In this document: positions 48,534 through 58,237 of the stretch, piece by piece | Numbering within the stretch: position 1 is the stretch's first letter | How the letters are laid out: each line of letters starts with the position of its first letter | Source of the DNA: Candidatus Calescibacterium sp. | Lineage (GTDB): Bacteria; Calescibacteriota; Calescibacteriia; Calescibacteriales; Calescibacteriaceae | Length of the DNA: 64,000 nucleotides | Direction of reading: 5' to 3' | Assembly: GCA_032249135.1 (NCBI GenBank) | Contig: JAVVGL010000002.1 | Location: forward strand, 64,001 to 128,000 | Program-made: the position numbers and the translations under genes | The notes under the pieces: model-generated | Database searches by the model: none | Told to the model about the DNA's origin: nothing | Seen by the model: only the letters and a program-made list of their open reading frames with translations

Positions 48534-50003
48534 ATGGAAGGAGAATTCCCTCTATATCTCACCTTTGATGATATACTTATATTACCAGGATATTCTGAAA
48601 TTTTACCATCGGAAGTTGATTTGACAACAAGACTTACAAGAAAAATAAAGATGAACATCCCAATAATATCGGCAGCAATGGATACCGTAACAGAAGCGGA
48701 AATGGCAATAGAGATGGCAAAAGCGGGTGGAATAGGAATAATTCACAGAAACCTCACACCAGAGGAGCAAGCAAAAGAGGTAGAAAAGGTAAAAAAATAC
48801 AGCTCATGGATAATAAGATCTCCAATTTATGTTGACGAGGAAACCACAGTTGGTGAGGCTATGGATCTGATGAAAAAATACGGAATTTCAGGTCTACCTG
48901 TGGTAAAAAATGGATATCTTTTAGGAATTGTTACAGCAAGAGACCTGAGGTTTGAGACAGAAAAAACGAAAAAGGTAAAAGATGTTATGACTCCAAAGAG
49001 CAAACTCGTAGTCGTAAAAGAAGGAATAAGTCAAGAAGAAGCAAAAAAAATAATGCATAAAAACAAAGTTGAAAAACTCCCCGTAGTAGATGATGAATTC
49101 AGGCTAAAAGGTCTTATAACCTTGAAAGATATAAGCAAAGCTGAGGAAAACCCAATTTCTCTGAGAGATGAAAACGGAAGACTTATGGTAGGAGCAGCAG
49201 TAGGGGTTGGAGAAAAAGAGTTTGAAAGAATAGAAAAATTAGTAAAAGCTGGTGTTGATGTAATAGTAATAGATTCGGCTCACGGACACTCAAAAGGAGT
49301 TATAGAGATGTTAAGAAAAATAAAGGAAAATTTTGATGTTGAGGTTATAGCAGGTAATGTAGCAACAGCAGAAGGAGCAAAAGCTTTGGCAAAAGAAGGA
49401 GCAGACGCAATAAAAGTCGGCCTTGGTCCAGGTTCAATTTGTACAACAAGATTAGTAACAGGAGTTGGGGTTCCCCAAGTTTCAGCAATAATGGAATGCA
49501 AAAGAGCAGTTGAAGAACTCGGAATAGACATACCCATAATAGCCGACGGGGGGATAAGATATCCGGGAGACATAGCGAAAGCTTTAGTTGTTGGAGCAGA
49601 TTCTGTAATGCTTGGAAATATGCTCGCAGGAACAGAAGAAGCACCAGGGGAGAAAGTAATAAGAGATGGAAGACCATACAAAATATATAGGGGAATGGGG
49701 TCGGAAGACGCTATAAAAGATGGAATGAAAAAAGGAGTAAGATCAAGATATCTTACAGGAGAAGATATACTACCCGAAGGGGTTGTCGGGCTTGTTCCTT
49801 ACAAAGGTCATGTAAGATTTATACTTTCTACCTTAGTTAAAGCTCTCAAAGCTGCATTCGGATATATAGGAGCAAAAAATATAGAGGAAGCGAAGAAAAA
49901 AGCCAAAATAATAAGAATAACAGAAGCAGGATACAAAGAATCTCACATCCATGATGTTCAAGTCATAAAAGAAACAATTTTCCCATTCGGTTCAGAACAT
50001 TAA
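48534..50003 (+). CDS. guaB: IMP dehydrogenase
   Basis: LTFDDIL, SAAMDTVT, CBS pair, IDSAHGHS, KVGLGPGSICTTR, YRGMGS. Confidence 0.97.
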   Translation: MEGEFPLYLTFDDILILPGYSEILPSEVDLTTRLTRKIKMNIPIISAAMDTVTEAEMAIEMAKAGGIGIIHRNLTPEEQAKEVEKVKKYSSWIIRSPIYVDEETTVGEAMDLMKKYGISGLPVVKNGYLLGIVTARDLRFETEKTKKVKDVMTPKSKLVVVKEGISQEEAKKIMHKNKVEKLPVVDDEFRLKGLITLKDISKAEENPISLRDENGRLMVGAAVGVGEKEFERIEKLVKAGVDVIVIDSAHGHSKGVIEMLRKIKENFDVEVIAGNVATAEGAKALAKEGADAIKVGLGPGSICTTRLVTGVGVPQVSAIMECKRAVEELGIDIPIIADGGIRYPGDIAKALVVGADSVMLGNMLAGTEEAPGEKVIRDGRPYKIYRGMGSEDAIKDGMKKGVRSRYLTGEDILPEGVVGLVPYKGHVRFILSTLVKALKAAFGYIGAKNIEEAKKKAKIIRITEAGYKESHIHDVQVIKETIFPFGSEH

Positions 50004-50016
50004 GGGGTGAAAGAAA

Positions 50017-51843
50017 ATGGCAGTATATGAATTAGGATTTGATGACCTACCTGCAAAATATTTGATACTACTTGCACAGAAAAAAAAGAAACTTCAGAAA
50101 AAGTTATTTGGATGGAATTCACAAATTTTCCTGACTCCAAGAAGAATAATAATAAAGACCCAGAACGAAGTAGAGCCTCAAAAAATAATTGAATTCATAA
50201 CAGAAAATTACAAAACTATGAGATGGAAGGAGAATGAAAAAATTTCTTTCGTACGTCCCCTGAGATGGGTATTAGCTTTATCAGGAGAAAATAAAATAGA
50301 TATTGAAATTTTTGGAGTAAAATCCGGCTCTGAAACCTATTTGCATAGAGCTCTTGGGAATCCGAAAATAAAAATAGAGAAAGAAGAAGAGTTTTTTGAA
50401 AAACTAAAAGAAGGAAAAGTTGAATACTCTGAAATCGCAAGAAGAGAAAAAATAAAAAATATTCTTGAAAGTGCAGGGGTAGATCCAGAAAAGTATAAAG
50501 ACTTAGTAGAAATATCAGTTTTTTCAACAGAATATCCTAATGCAGTAATTGGAGAGGTAGATTCCGAAGGTATTCCAGACCGAATTGCAGAAGACATACT
50601 TAAAAATACAGTTTTTGTTTTCCCAATAAAAAACAACAGGAAAATAATAAGGTTCATCGCAATAGTAGATAATCCTTCACCAAATGAATTAGAAATCAAA
50701 AAAGGATATGAATTTGTAATAAAGTCAAGATTTGATGATGCAAGATTTTACATAGAGGAAGATAGAAAAATAAAATTATCTGAAAGGATTCATCTTTTGG
50801 AAAAAATCGTTTTTAACGAAAAATTTGGATCATTTTACGACAGACAAGTCTTCGTCTCAAAAGCAGCGGATTTCATTTATGCAAAAACCCAAATGAGTTC
50901 AAGAGAAAAATTAAGAAGAGCTGTCATGCTTTCAAAAGCTGACATAACAACTGGTCTTTTCAGGGAATTTCCGGAACACCAAGGATACATAGGTATGTTC
51001 TACGCTCTACAAGATGGAGAAGATGAAGAAATAGCAACAGCAATATATGAGCATAAACTCCCGGAAAAACAAGACGACCCCCTACCTACTACCCAAACAG
51101 GAACAGTAATATCAATTGCTGACAAAATAATACATATATTTTCCGGATTTTTATCTTCACTTGAGGTCACATCAGAAGAAGACCCTTATGGAATAAGAAG
51201 AGCTGCAAGAAATATGATAAGAGTTTTAATAGAGAAAGGAATCGATTTAGATATTCAAGAACTCGCAGATTTCCTCTTTCCTTTTTTTCAAGAGCACCTG
51301 AAAGATAAAATTTCGGAAGATGAAATAAAGGAGAAAATTATAAGCGCTCTGGAATTTATAAAAGAAAGAATGGAGAATTATCTTTCATCTCAGTTCAAAA
51401 AAGATATAGTAAGAGGAGTTATTGAAAGGACTTTTTCTCCTTATGATGCTTTTTTGAGAGCAAAATCTCTCTCTGAAAACGATTTTTCTGACCTCTTCTA
51501 TGTCGCAAGACGGATCAGAAATATAATAGAACAAGCAGAAGAAAAAGGATTACTTTCTATCACAGAAAATCCGAACCCCAAAAGTGAAATTGAATCAAAA
51601 ACATACGATGAGGTCCTAAAATTTGAAAAAGAAAGTATAGAAATTTTAAACAAAAAAAGATACGATGAGTTTATAAAATTGTTTTCAAAAATAAGAAAAA
51701 CATTGGACGATTTTTTCAATTCAGTAATGATTCTTTCAGAAAACGAAGAAGAAAGAATAACAAGACTTTCTATACTCTATCCTGTATTTGAGATAACAAA
51801 CTCGTTTGCTGATTTTTCAAAAATAGAAAAAAGGAAAGCATAA
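50017..51843 (+). CDS. glyS: Glycine--tRNA ligase beta subunit (shortened N-domain)
   Basis: YELGFDDLP, TPRR, MRW...FVRPLRW, RFDDARFY, KAD.TT....EFPE.QG, DPYGIRRAA. Confidence 0.92.
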   Translation: MAVYELGFDDLPAKYLILLAQKKKKLQKKLFGWNSQIFLTPRRIIIKTQNEVEPQKIIEFITENYKTMRWKENEKISFVRPLRWVLALSGENKIDIEIFGVKSGSETYLHRALGNPKIKIEKEEEFFEKLKEGKVEYSEIARREKIKNILESAGVDPEKYKDLVEISVFSTEYPNAVIGEVDSEGIPDRIAEDILKNTVFVFPIKNNRKIIRFIAIVDNPSPNELEIKKGYEFVIKSRFDDARFYIEEDRKIKLSERIHLLEKIVFNEKFGSFYDRQVFVSKAADFIYAKTQMSSREKLRRAVMLSKADITTGLFREFPEHQGYIGMFYALQDGEDEEIATAIYEHKLPEKQDDPLPTTQTGTVISIADKIIHIFSGFLSSLEVTSEEDPYGIRRAARNMIRVLIEKGIDLDIQELADFLFPFFQEHLKDKISEDEIKEKIISALEFIKERMENYLSSQFKKDIVRGVIERTFSPYDAFLRAKSLSENDFSDLFYVARRIRNIIEQAEEKGLLSITENPNPKSEIESKTYDEVLKFEKESIEILNKKRYDEFIKLFSKIRKTLDDFFNSVMILSENEEERITRLSILYPVFEITNSFADFSKIEKRKA

Positions 51844-51896
51844 CAAAATAGAACAACAAAATAAAACAGAACAGGAAAATTTTAAAATTTTTATAA

Positions 51897-52166
51897 ATGG
51901 AGTTTATAACTTTATCTGACATCGTAAAAAGAGCTTTTGAGGTAACATTTATAATTTCCATTCCCTTTTTGGCCGCAAGTCTTATTTCAGGTCTCATAAT
52001 ATCTTTTCTGCAAACTCTCACAAACATACAGGAAACTACATTAGCTTTTGTACCCAAAATAATAATTGTGCTAATACTGGGCTTGATCTTAGGTTCATTC
52101 GTAACAACAGAATTTTTAGATTTTACAAAAGAAATAATAAACTCTATCCCTTCGCTTGTGAAGTAA
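51897..52166 (+). CDS. fliQ: Flagellar biosynthesis protein FliQ
   Basis: GLIISFLQTLTNIQETTLAFVPKI; 89 aa. Confidence 0.93.
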   Translation: MEFITLSDIVKRAFEVTFIISIPFLAASLISGLIISFLQTLTNIQETTLAFVPKIIIVLILGLILGSFVTTEFLDFTKEIINSIPSLVK

Positions 52167-52217
52167 AACAAATAGAGAAAAACTTTTTTCCTTCAAAAAA
52201 GATTATTTTTAAAATAT

Positions 52218-52457
52218 ATGAACCAGAAAAAAGATGTTCTGAGATTCAAAGGAAAAGTAATAGAATCCAACAGAGGTTTTTTCAGGGTAGAATTAGAAAA
52301 TGGTAAAGTCATTCTCGCTTATCCATCAGGGAGCATGAAGAAAAATTTCATAAAAATAGGAGTAGGAGACAAAGTAGAAGTTGAAATATCGCCATACGAC
52401 CTGACAAAGGGAAGAATAGTTTGGAGATATTCCGAAACACCGGAAAATCAAACTTAA
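52218..52457 (+). CDS. infA: Translation initiation factor IF-1
   Basis: FRVELENG..ILAY.SG.MKKNFIKI..GDKV.VEISPYDLTKGRIVWR. Confidence 0.95.
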   Translation: MNQKKDVLRFKGKVIESNRGFFRVELENGKVILAYPSGSMKKNFIKIGVGDKVEVEISPYDLTKGRIVWRYSETPENQT

Positions 52458-52467
52458 CATATATATT

Positions 52468-53709
52468 TTAAATTTTTCCAAGAACACAAGAAGCATTAAC
52501 TCCCCCAAAACCAAAGGAGTTGCTCATAACAAATCTGAGCTTCTTTTCCTTCGGTTTCCATGGGACATAGTCTAAATCACATTCTGGATCGGGTTCTTCA
52601 AGATTTATAGTCGGTGGCATTATATTTTCTTGCAAAGCAAGAACGCAAAATATAACCTCAACAGCTCCTCCAGCAGCTATAAGGTGTCCTGTCATAGATT
52701 TTGTAGAGGAAACAGAAAGCTTGAAAGCATGTTCACCGAAGACATCTTTTATAGCCTTTGTTTCTATTTCATCATTATACTTTGTAGAGGTACCGTGAGC
52801 ATTTATGTAGTCTATCGCATCCGGAGGTATTTGGGCATCTTGAAGGGCTCGCTTCATCGCAAGAGCAAAGCCATATCCTTCCGGGTGAGGCGCAGTCATA
52901 TGATATGCATCTGCGCTCATGCCAAAACCCTTCAATTCTGCATAAATTTTTGCCCCTCTCTTTTTAGCATGCTCATATTCTTCCAAAATAACTATACCAG
53001 CACCCTCTCCCATGACAAATCCATCTCTTTTTGCGTCAAAAGGACGAGAAGCTTTTTCCGGTTCATCATTCCTTGTAGAAAGCGCTCGCATAGAAGCAAA
53101 AGCAGAAATTCCCAAGGGAGTAATAGGAGCCTCTGCTCCACCCGCTATTACAATATCACAAACACCAGATTTTATAAGCATATATCCCTCTCCTATAGCA
53201 TGCAACCCGGCTGCGCAAGCAGTAGCAGGAGCTAAAATAGGTCCCATCGCACCAACCTTCATAGATATAAGTCCAGCTGCCATATTTATTATTGATACAG
53301 GTATAGAAAGAGGAGAAACCCGCCTCGGACCCTTTTCTATAAGTGCTTTTACAGAATCCTCTATTGTTTTTATTCCACCAATTCCACTACCTATTACAAC
53401 GCCCGTATTTTCTGGATTTGGTAATTTTATATTTCCTCCTTCAATAAAACCAGCATCTTCAAGTGCTTCTTTCGCTGCATGTAAAGCAAAAAGTTCAAAT
53501 CTATCAAGTTTTTTTACTTCCTTTTCATCTACAAAAGAGGGAGTGAAGTTTTTCACCTCGGCCGCAATCTTTACAGGAAAATTTTCTGTATCAAATAAAG
53601 TTATATAAGAAACTCCTGATTTACCAGCCTTTATATTTTCCCATGTTTCCCTAACATTATTTCCGCAGGGAGTAACGCATCCCATACCAGTTATTACTAC
53701 CCGTCTCAT
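52468..53709 (-). CDS. fabF: Beta-ketoacyl-ACP synthase II
   Basis: RRVVITGMG, ATACAAG, YINAHGTST, SSTKSMTGH, SNSFGFGG; AGGAGG SD. Confidence 0.96.
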   Translation of the reverse strand: MRRVVITGMGCVTPCGNNVRETWENIKAGKSGVSYITLFDTENFPVKIAAEVKNFTPSFVDEKEVKKLDRFELFALHAAKEALEDAGFIEGGNIKLPNPENTGVVIGSGIGGIKTIEDSVKALIEKGPRRVSPLSIPVSIINMAAGLISMKVGAMGPILAPATACAAGLHAIGEGYMLIKSGVCDIVIAGGAEAPITPLGISAFASMRALSTRNDEPEKASRPFDAKRDGFVMGEGAGIVILEEYEHAKKRGAKIYAELKGFGMSADAYHMTAPHPEGYGFALAMKRALQDAQIPPDAIDYINAHGTSTKYNDEIETKAIKDVFGEHAFKLSVSSTKSMTGHLIAAGGAVEVIFCVLALQENIMPPTINLEEPDPECDLDYVPWKPKEKKLRFVMSNSFGFGGVNASCVLGKI

Positions 53710-53834
53710 ATTGAATTTTCCTCCTTTTTCAAGTTTATTTATACCTATCCTTTTAATTTCTTACCTTATTCTATTTTTTAATTTTTTTGCTTTATTTTTT
53801 CATTTTCTTACTTTAAAAACTTACTTTAAAAAAA

Positions 53835-54917
53835 GTGAGTTACCCTTTTGCAGAAAGGTACGAGGGAGATGGGTTAATTTTAAATTCAAATATAAATCCT
53901 TTCGGTCCTTCTCCGCTTGTTATAGAAGAAATCAAAAAAATTGCAGATAAAGTAAATTTTTATCCTCCAAAGCAAGATAAACTAAAAGAAAAAGTTTCTC
54001 AAAATCTCAAAGAATATGGATTTGACATATCACCAAAAGAGATAGTTTTCGGGAACGGTTCAGATGAAGCCATAGAATTTGTTTTCAAGTTTTTGATGAG
54101 AAGACATAAAAGGAAACTAAAAATAATAATAGGAGAAGGAACATTTGCATTTTATGAGTATCTTGCAAAATCTTTTGGACTAGAAGTAAAAAAAGTTAAG
54201 CTGAATGATTTTGGATACGACCTTGAAAGTATAGAAAAAGTTGCAAAAAAAAGCAAACCTTGTCTTATATGCATATGTAACCCAATAAATCCTACCGGAA
54301 AAATAATACCAAAAGAAAATCTCGAAGACTTTTTAGGAACACTAAACCGTGATGGGATATACATTCTATCAGATGAGGCGTATTTTGAATACGCAAATTT
54401 TCTTAATTTGAAAGATTGGAGAAAAGACAAATATAGAAGCGTTTTAAATTTGAAAAGATCAGAAAATATTTTTGTGACAAGAACTTTTTCAAAAGTCTAT
54501 GGATTAGCCGGTATAAGGATAGGGTATCTTATAACTCAGTTTGCCGATATTATAGAAAGTGAAATAAAACCTCCTTTCAGTGTAAATTATATAGCCTTAG
54601 TATGTGCAGAAAAAGCCCTTGAAGACAAGGAACATATAAAAAAAACACTTGAAAACAACCTTGAAGGTATGAGGATACTTGAAAAACTATTTGATGAACT
54701 CGGAATACCATATGTAGGTTCATGGGCAAACTTTATTTTTGTGCAAGTGAAAAAAAAATCAATAATAGACGAACTTAAATCAAATAAGATATTCGTAAGA
54801 GATATGAAACCATACGGATTTGATGGAGCAATACGAGTGAGTATAGGCAAAAAAGAAGATATGGAAGTATTTTCTGAGCTTTTCAGAAAATTTTTCCTCA
54901 AAAATAAAAATGCATAA
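53835..54917 (+). CDS. hisC: Histidinol-phosphate aminotransferase
   Basis: LNSNINPFGPSP, GNGSDE, CNPINPTG, DEAYFEY, RTFSKVYGLAGIRIGY. Confidence 0.9.
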   Translation: MSYPFAERYEGDGLILNSNINPFGPSPLVIEEIKKIADKVNFYPPKQDKLKEKVSQNLKEYGFDISPKEIVFGNGSDEAIEFVFKFLMRRHKRKLKIIIGEGTFAFYEYLAKSFGLEVKKVKLNDFGYDLESIEKVAKKSKPCLICICNPINPTGKIIPKENLEDFLGTLNRDGIYILSDEAYFEYANFLNLKDWRKDKYRSVLNLKRSENIFVTRTFSKVYGLAGIRIGYLITQFADIIESEIKPPFSVNYIALVCAEKALEDKEHIKKTLENNLEGMRILEKLFDELGIPYVGSWANFIFVQVKKKSIIDELKSNKIFVRDMKPYGFDGAIRVSIGKKEDMEVFSELFRKFFLKNKNA

Positions 54918-55019
54918 ATTATAAGTTTATGTTAGCAGAAATAAAAATGAAGTATGATAAATAAGCTAAATTTATTAATTTTATAAATTTTTGCAAATTT
55001 TTTCAAGGGGGAAAAATTT

Positions 55020-56258
55020 ATGATAAAAAAGAAAGAAAATAAAAGTTCAAAAAAGGAAGAACTAAAAAGTAGGGAAAAAGATAAAAAATCAAAGAGCGAA
55101 GAAGTAAACAAAAGAACAGAACAAAGTATAGAAACAGGTGGAGAGAAGATTAAAGAAAAAATTGAGGAGGTGATAGATCAGATAATCTCAAAAGGGATAA
55201 TAGGGTCAAGGAGAAAACCATCTGAAGATGTGAAGAAGATAGATGCTGGAAAAGATAAATTTGATAATTCTATCAAAACGCCATTTGCATATCTTCTGAG
55301 GGAAGTTTCAAAATATCCTCTTCTTTCACCTGAGGAGGAAAAGAGACTCGCAAGAAGATTCAGAAAATATAAAGATAAAAATGCGGCAAGAAGGCTTGCT
55401 CTCGCAAACTTAAGATTTGTAATAAAAATAGCTCTTGAATATAAAAACTGGGGTATCCCCGTTGAGGATTTAGTATCAGAGGGAATAATGGGATTGCTGT
55501 TCGCAATAAAAAAATTTGACCCAGAAAAAGGAGTAAAATTTATCTCCTATGCATCATACTGGATAAAGGCTTTTATACACAACTATATACTCTCCAATTT
55601 TTCTATAATGAAACTTGGAACAACACAAGATGAAAGAAGAATATTTGCAAACATATTCAAAATCAAAGACGAAACGAGGGAAGAAGATATACAGAAACAA
55701 GCTCAAAAGCTCAATGTGGATGAGGAAAAAATAAGACTTATGGATGCCCGAGTAAGATCAAGGGATATCTCTCTAGATAGCCCACAAGATGATGAAGGAA
55801 GTTTAAAACTTGCAGACATACTCAAAGCAGAAGAAACATATGATCCTCTTTTCAAAGTTGAAATGGAAGATGCAAAAGAATTTATATATAGAAGGCTTAA
55901 CGATGCATTCTTACATCTGACATCTCAAGAAAGACAGGTTATCCAACAAAGGTATCTTAGTCCGAAACCGAAAACATTAAAGGAACTTTCAGATGAGCTT
56001 AAAATATCAAAAGAAAGAATAAGACAAGTAGAAAAAAGAGCTTTTCAGAAACTCAAAACAGCACTAGCTCAATACGCCCAAACTTTCAGAATAGATATGC
56101 TCAAAGATAAAATAAGAAGGAAAAGAAGAACAAAAGAGGAAATGGAACTTATAAAAATGATAGAAGAACATACAAAAAAGAGAAAGAAAAGAAGAAAAAG
56201 AAAAATTACAAAAATTGAACCAGAAAGAACCGAATTCTTTGACCTAAGAGAAATTTAA
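55020..56258 (+). CDS. rpoH: RNA polymerase sigma factor, RpoH/sigma-32-like
   Basis: ANLRFVIKIA, DLVSEG..GL, YASYWIKAFIHNYIL, MKLGTTQDERRIF (RpoH-box position), ISKERIRQVE. Confidence 0.8.
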   Translation: MIKKKENKSSKKEELKSREKDKKSKSEEVNKRTEQSIETGGEKIKEKIEEVIDQIISKGIIGSRRKPSEDVKKIDAGKDKFDNSIKTPFAYLLREVSKYPLLSPEEEKRLARRFRKYKDKNAARRLALANLRFVIKIALEYKNWGIPVEDLVSEGIMGLLFAIKKFDPEKGVKFISYASYWIKAFIHNYILSNFSIMKLGTTQDERRIFANIFKIKDETREEDIQKQAQKLNVDEEKIRLMDARVRSRDISLDSPQDDEGSLKLADILKAEETYDPLFKVEMEDAKEFIYRRLNDAFLHLTSQERQVIQQRYLSPKPKTLKELSDELKISKERIRQVEKRAFQKLKTALAQYAQTFRIDMLKDKIRRKRRTKEEMELIKMIEEHTKKRKKRRKRKITKIEPERTEFFDLREI

Positions 56259-58180
56259 AACTTGAAGAAAAATTTCTTGAGAAAATCTCCGCTCTTTTTA
56301 TCACTGAGAACTTCTCTTATCTTATCTGGCGAAACAGGTTCGTTTTTTAAGAAAAATTTATCTTCTTTTCCACCTACATCAAAGAAAAAGCCATAAGATT
56401 TTATTACATCTCTTATTGTTTCTTTTTGTCTCCTGAACATATCAATTACAACATCACCAAAAGCGAGTTCATCTGCTCTATATTCATCGCTTCCTCCGAA
56501 ATTTGCAAACAGACTCAAACCATTTGCATGAGCCATACCAAGACATCTAATTTTGCAATCAAACTTATCACTATCTCCCTCACCGTAATCCAAAAATACT
56601 CCAAGACCTATATCATGTCCATGTCCCATTCCCTGAAAATCACAAGTATATTTATCAGAACCTGAAAGGTCAAAAAATAGTCCAACTCCAAAATGAGCTG
56701 AACTTCCTTGACAATACCAATAACCTGTATATTTATCGTCTCCTGATGCGTCAAAAAGTACGCCTATTCCATACCAATATCCACAGCCCTGCGAAAACAC
56801 AATAGCAGAGAACTCATCATTTCCTTCAAGGTCGTATAGTAACCCTACGCCTCCCGGCAAAGACTTTACTCCGTCTATGTAATCGGCTCTCAGCCCACTG
56901 CCACAACCTTGTCCCATACTCAAATTTCTTCTTCTATCTTGATATGATGGATTCTCATTTCCATCTTTGAGAATATATTTATCGTTTCCCGTTTTATCTA
57001 ACAACAATCCTCCTCCGAGCGAACCAACTCCTTGCGACAAAGTTATAGATATATATGTATCGGAGCCCTTTTTATCTAAAAGTAATCCTGTTCCTAAAAT
57101 TCCAGCACCCTGTGATATTCCTTTTGCTTCGTAAATATCATCTCCTTCAAGATCATAGAGAGCTTCTGCTCCTAAAATTCCCCCTCCTGAACACCCAAAA
57201 GAACACTTGTAATAATCATTCCCAGAAAAATCATATATTACTGAAAGATAAAGAGAACGAGGATGAGAAAAAATGTATCTATCGTTTCCTCCGACATCAA
57301 TTATCACCATCAAAGTAGGTTGATCATTTTCCCCTCCCAAAATATATAAGTTATCTTTGCCGTAAGGATCAATTATTATAGAAGGAGATGGAGGAATTAC
57401 AACAGTAGGTTCAGTAGTTGATATAAGCATAAACTCGCCAAAATCAGCAGAGAAATTTCCTATTTTCTTTATATCTGATCTCAGAAATTCTTGCAGACAA
57501 AGTAAGACAAAGTATTCTGCTGTATTTATAACTTCAAGGAAATCATAAATTTTGCTTTCACCCATCTTAAATGCGAGATCTGAAAGTATATCAAGGTTTT
57601 TGAAATCGTAAATTTTTTGGGGTCTCAAACCCTGCGTTTCAACATAATTTTTGAACCTATAATATGGCTCGCTCACACATCTTGCAAAATTCAAAACAGC
57701 TTCATCTTCAATTTTTCCTTGAACAACCTTTACACCTTGTAAATTTATTTCCTGATTCTTTTCGGAAAAATATTTTGAAGCTGGATTTGAAACAAGGTCT
57801 ATTCTCTTTATTTTTGATGAATATTTCGCTATCGTAAAGAAATAAAAAGATATATTTTCTTCCTTTGAGAATAAATCGGCTGTTTTTGAAAACCAAAAAA
57901 TAGATTTTTTCATATCACGCAAAGACAAGGAAGAGAGAGGGTGAATCCAGAAGTTATCTGAAAAATACCTTGCATCATCCAAATCTATGCCTATATCCAA
58001 ACTGGTTATTGAGTCCAAATAATCTAAAATACCTCTGACTTTCTCTGTAAAATTTAATGTTTTCTCCTCCAAACTTTTTTTCTCCTCCAAACTTTCACCG
58101 AAAAATGGAAAAGTCAAGAAAAATAACAAGAAAAATAAAAGAGAAAAACCACTAAGATATGAAAAATTTTTACTCATCAT
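56255..58180 (-). CDS. Exported hypothetical protein with Gly/Asp-rich tandem repeats
   Basis: Signal peptide; about 9 repeats of L.D..G.D.Y....(S)QG.G..G.G in the C-terminal half. Confidence 0.8.
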   Translation of the reverse strand: MMSKNFSYLSGFSLLFFLLFFLTFPFFGESLEEKKSLEEKTLNFTEKVRGILDYLDSITSLDIGIDLDDARYFSDNFWIHPLSSLSLRDMKKSIFWFSKTADLFSKEENISFYFFTIAKYSSKIKRIDLVSNPASKYFSEKNQEINLQGVKVVQGKIEDEAVLNFARCVSEPYYRFKNYVETQGLRPQKIYDFKNLDILSDLAFKMGESKIYDFLEVINTAEYFVLLCLQEFLRSDIKKIGNFSADFGEFMLISTTEPTVVIPPSPSIIIDPYGKDNLYILGGENDQPTLMVIIDVGGNDRYIFSHPRSLYLSVIYDFSGNDYYKCSFGCSGGGILGAEALYDLEGDDIYEAKGISQGAGILGTGLLLDKKGSDTYISITLSQGVGSLGGGLLLDKTGNDKYILKDGNENPSYQDRRRNLSMGQGCGSGLRADYIDGVKSLPGGVGLLYDLEGNDEFSAIVFSQGCGYWYGIGVLFDASGDDKYTGYWYCQGSSAHFGVGLFFDLSGSDKYTCDFQGMGHGHDIGLGVFLDYGEGDSDKFDCKIRCLGMAHANGLSLFANFGGSDEYRADELAFGDVVIDMFRRQKETIRDVIKSYGFFFDVGGKEDKFFLKNEPVSPDKIREVLSDKKSGDFLKKFFFKF

Positions 58181-58237
58181 ATTTTAAGAGTAACAGTCTA
58201 TTATAAGAATTTGAAATTTAAAATAAAAATTTTGTTT

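Noticed and set aside
52630-53608. Long antisense ORFs (for example 201 and 198 aa opposite fabF, 197 aa opposite relA, 162 aa opposite the SDR)
   Set aside because: Shadow frames of well-supported genes with Ser/Phe/Ile-biased translations and no motifs. The same applies to the other small overlapping ORFs in the track.
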